Under the pieces are notes generated by a model. That model was not told the DNA's origin, made no database searches, and saw only the letters and a list, made by a program, of their open reading frames with translations. Below, one piece after another: positions 60,825 through 64,000 of a stretch of DNA of 64,000 nucleotides. How positions within the stretch are numbered: the first letter of the stretch is position 1; each line of letters opens with the position of its first letter. This DNA comes from Nibricoccus sp. GTDB lineage: Bacteria; Verrucomicrobiota; Verrucomicrobiia; Opitutales; Opitutaceae. Both the position numbers and the translations under genes were made by a program. The stretch spans positions 800,001-864,000 of the forward strand of contig JASGHG010000001.1 of the NCBI GenBank assembly GCA_047602425.1, written 5' to 3'.

Positions 60825-63089
60825 ATGAAAATTAAAAGAATACCCCTCGGGATCGCCCTGTTGGCTGTCTCTGTATGTTCGGCGTTTGCGCAAACTCCGG
60901 TCGCGCTTTGGACTTTTGACCAAGGCAGCGGTACCACGGCCGCCGATGCCTCAGGTCGCGGCCATATGGCCACGTTGACCAGCGCGAGTTGGACCAACGC
61001 GGCGAAAGTCGGCGCCTATGCCCTCTCGCTCTCCGGCTCCGGCTACGGCGAAGCACCGGGCGCGGTCGTCAATACCTCTGCAAGCTTCACCGTGACCACA
61101 TGGGTGAAACTGAGCTCGGTTCAAGGCTATCAAACGCTTCTAAGTATCGATGGAAATCAAGTCAGTGGATTCTATCTTCAGCTCAACGCTGGTTCTGGCG
61201 GTAAGTTCGTCTTCAATCGACTGGCGAGCGATTCGACCTCGGCGGCGCCCACCGTGGCCGTCGCCAAGGCGGCGGCGGCAACCGGCTCGTGGTATCATTT
61301 GGCCGGTGTCTACGACGCGAGTGCGAAGACCATTGCCCTGTATATCAACGGAGCGCTTCAACAGTCGGTGGCTTTTACTTCGCCGTGGCAGGCGACGGGC
61401 ACCACCGCGATCGGACGCGGCAAGTTCAGCGGCAACAAGGTGGATTTCGTGCGAGGCGTAGTCGACGATGCGCGGATCTATGCTTCGGCCTTAACTGCCA
61501 GCCAAATCCAAACTTTAGCGACAGGCGGCGGTTCGAGCAGCAGCTCCAGTAGTTCAAGCAGCAGTTCGTCCAGCAGCAGCTCGAGTTCGAGCTCAAGCAG
61601 TTCCAGCTCGTCCAGCAGTTCAAGTAGCTCGAGCAGCTCAAGTGGTTCGGCCAGTTATTACACCTGGCCTTCCTATACACCCGTACTCGCCTACGACTAT
61701 GCCAATGAATATGGCACCATCGCACATCCCACTTCCGTGGCCAACGATGTCTCGAACGTCGCCGGCACGGCGATTTCCGACTGGTGGTGTTTCCGCTATG
61801 GCCCGAACAAAAACTCTCTGGTGACGGCCAATGCGTGGAATCCCATGCTCTCGCGCCTCAATGCCGATTTTGCCTATATCACCGACATCATGCGCTGGCC
61901 GCGCGATGGCCGTGCGCGCAATGGAAATTACAGCGCGGTTTATCTGTACGGCTCCGGTCTCTCCACGGACAACGCTTCGAACACGGCAACCGGCGGCTGG
62001 CAATCCTGGGCGGGCAACGGTCCGATCATCCTCGCGTCATATTATCCGGTGTACTCCTTCGATCCCGCCTGCACCTATGGTGATAGGGTCGCACAACAAG
62101 GTGCGATGGTGCACGAAGGCATCCACTGCATTCTCTCCACCATGCCTGGCTGCAAAAATGCCGCCTGGTTCCAGGAAGGTGGCAACACCTGGCTGCAAGC
62201 CGTGATGGAGTCCCAGCGCACCGGCGATTATAGCGATATGGGTTGGTTGAGCGCAGGCATGGCCCTGGCGCCTTTCATGCCGATCGAATGTTACAGCGGC
62301 TGGCTGCAGGACGGCAGTTTTGGCGGACCGAGCGCCGAAGCCGTCAACATGACCAATTCCAGCGGCCAGCAGGTTTGCACATGGAGGAAGCTGCTCGGCG
62401 GCAATCAATATGGGGAATGTTTTCCCCACGCCTGTGAAGTGATTCTTGGCCCGAAGAGCGTGGCGTGGATCTGGCGTTATTGCAGCGCCAGCGGTCGCGT
62501 GCTCCAGGACATGGCCCAGGTCAGCGGAGGTCTCGGCGACGTCCAGATGCGTCGCTTGATTCAGGAGTTTCGCGCGCGCCAGGCGATGTGCGACTTCGGC
62601 AAATGGTCCACCGCCTACAAAAACCTCCTTCTCGATACCTGGAACATGGTCATCGGACCGGAATGGTCGCCCTACTGGATCAACTGCCCGACATGGACGG
62701 CAACGTGTTACGTCGCCACAACCAACAGCAATGGTACACTCATACCGGAAACGCGCACGCTGCCCGGCTGGTCTGGCGCCAATCAAATCCCGCTGAAAGT
62801 CAGCGGCTCCTCCGCCACCGTGACGTTCAATCCCATCGGTGCCAACATGAGCTGCCAGCTCGTCTATCGCGATACCAGCGGCAATATCCGCTACAGCGTT
62901 CCCGTGAGCAGCGGCACCTGCACGATCCCGTTGAGCAATGTAAAAAACAACGTCGTCATCGCCGTCATCTGCAACACCGACTACATCTACTACGGTGAGT
63001 CGACCCGAACCGCCCACTATGACTATCGTCTCACCCTCGGCGCGGGCGTAACCGGTACGGCCGACATCAACACCCAATGGTTTAACTGA
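60825..63089 (+). CDS. Secreted LamG-domain / poly-Ser / HExxH metallopeptidase-like protein
   Basis: Signal peptide; LamG (W.FD.G.G, WYHLAGVYD, G.VDDARIY..AL); ~37-Ser linker; VHEGIH...WFQEG. Confidence 0.85.
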   Translation: MKIKRIPLGIALLAVSVCSAFAQTPVALWTFDQGSGTTAADASGRGHMATLTSASWTNAAKVGAYALSLSGSGYGEAPGAVVNTSASFTVTTWVKLSSVQGYQTLLSIDGNQVSGFYLQLNAGSGGKFVFNRLASDSTSAAPTVAVAKAAAATGSWYHLAGVYDASAKTIALYINGALQQSVAFTSPWQATGTTAIGRGKFSGNKVDFVRGVVDDARIYASALTASQIQTLATGGGSSSSSSSSSSSSSSSSSSSSSSSSSSSSSSSSSSSSSGSASYYTWPSYTPVLAYDYANEYGTIAHPTSVANDVSNVAGTAISDWWCFRYGPNKNSLVTANAWNPMLSRLNADFAYITDIMRWPRDGRARNGNYSAVYLYGSGLSTDNASNTATGGWQSWAGNGPIILASYYPVYSFDPACTYGDRVAQQGAMVHEGIHCILSTMPGCKNAAWFQEGGNTWLQAVMESQRTGDYSDMGWLSAGMALAPFMPIECYSGWLQDGSFGGPSAEAVNMTNSSGQQVCTWRKLLGGNQYGECFPHACEVILGPKSVAWIWRYCSASGRVLQDMAQVSGGLGDVQMRRLIQEFRARQAMCDFGKWSTAYKNLLLDTWNMVIGPEWSPYWINCPTWTATCYVATTNSNGTLIPETRTLPGWSGANQIPLKVSGSSATVTFNPIGANMSCQLVYRDTSGNIRYSVPVSSGTCTIPLSNVKNNVVIAVICNTDYIYYGESTRTAHYDYRLTLGAGVTGTADINTQWFN

Positions 63090-63114
63090 GTTGAATCGCA
63101 CCGCACTAAATGCC

Positions 63115-63150
63115 AACCGCCAGTCCTGCATCGCCGGGACTGGCGGTTTT
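63115..63150 (+). terminator. Intrinsic terminator
   Basis: AACCGCCAGTCC/GGACTGGCGGTT stem plus T-run. Confidence 0.7.
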
Positions 63151-63156
63151 CCCGCC

Positions 63157-64000
63157 ATGCCAATTTCATATCTGCGCGTCGTTGCCATCGCCAGCATGCT
63201 TCTTTTTTCCTGCGCGTTGATCCACGCTCAGACGAACCCTTCATCAAGATCCAAAACCGTGGCCCTGCTCGAGGGACATGCGGTGACCGAATCCGATTTC
63301 GACCGATTTCTCCGCGGCAATCTTGCTTCGGGGGAAATTCAGAAGATCCAGAGCGACCCCGCGAGCCATCGCCAAATACTCGACGAATTCTTCGATTTGA
63401 TCGCTCTCGCGACCAAGGCGAAGAAGGACGGTTTGGACCAAAGCATTCGTTTTAAGAAAGCCCGTGAACTGCTCGAAATTAAATTGCTGGCGCGCTGCCT
63501 TCAGGAGCGTCTTCACTCGGAATCGCTCGCCTCGATCCCTCGCGTCGACGAGTCCGAACTTCAAGACTTCTACAACCAGCATCGCGAGCGCTTTGAGGTT
63601 CCGGCACGTTTCACCGCGCGACACATCCTGGTGTGGGTCAAAGGTAATTCCGCTTTCCCCGAAAAAGGCCTGGACGCCGCTGCCGCCCGGAGAAAAGCCG
63701 AGGAAGCCCGTCAAAAATTGCAGGCTGGCGAAAGCTGGGAAAGTGTCGCCCGCGACTACTCGGACGATATCGCCTCCAACCAACAGGGCGGACTGCTCGC
63801 CGAGACAACGTTTGGGATTTTTCCACCGGAGTTTGAGGCCGCCATCCGACAACAAAAAGCGGGCGGGTGCGGAGAGGTTATCCGAACCTCCTTCGGCTAC
63901 CACGTCGTGCGCGTCGAACAATATTGCGAGGGAAAACAGAAAACCTTCGAAAGCGTGAAGACGGATATCGCCAACGATTTGGTCGCGAAACGACAAGTCC
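63157..64000 (+). CDS. Parvulin/PpiC-type peptidyl-prolyl isomerase, exported (runs off window)
   Basis: Manual translation: signal peptide, ARHILV, ARDYSDD..S...GG.L, PEFE.A, TSFGYHVV; not in ORF track. Confidence 0.9.
   Translation, partial: MPISYLRVVAIASMLLFSCALIHAQTNPSSRSKTVALLEGHAVTESDFDRFLRGNLASGEIQKIQSDPASHRQILDEFFDLIALATKAKKDGLDQSIRFKKARELLEIKLLARCLQERLHSESLASIPRVDESELQDFYNQHRERFEVPARFTARHILVWVKGNSAFPEKGLDAAAARRKAEEARQKLQAGESWESVARDYSDDIASNQQGGLLAETTFGIFPPEFEAAIRQQKAGGCGEVIRTSFGYHVVRVEQYCEGKQKTFESVKTDIANDLVAKRQV

Overview
GC-rich bacterial chromosome segment. Gene content and repeat style suggest Verrucomicrobia (Opitutaceae-like); this is inference. It has four blocks. (1) 1-34.6 kb: a dense general-stress/desiccation cluster ending at the 3' end of tRNA-Asp. 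It holds treY (partial), glgX, treZ, a second debranching enzyme, tkt-tal, BON, YciF, PfpI, CsbD, dodecin, DUF4142, YihY, MscS, ABC1 kinase, Zn-ADH, SRPBCC and a YfiR-like protein paired with a large hybrid histidine kinase. (2) 34.9-43.7 kb: core-like genes (HDOD, two GT4 glycosyltransferases, WcaF-like acetyltransferase, tatC, ppdK). (3) 43.7-53.6 kb: a repeat-rich variable region with REP doublets, a MITE, a RAYT transposase with its REPs, gene remnants and singletons. It contains an AT-richer two-gene operon encoding a wHTH-like-TIR fusion and an apparent TIR-less paralog, which is the best candidate for an undescribed anti-phage system. (4) 53.7-64 kb: an Ig-like/vWA surface protein, MCP-cheW-MCP with a shared upstream direct-repeat box, a LamG/poly-Ser/HExxH secreted protein and a partial parvulin PPIase. 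All family calls come from motif recognition by eye; no searches were run.
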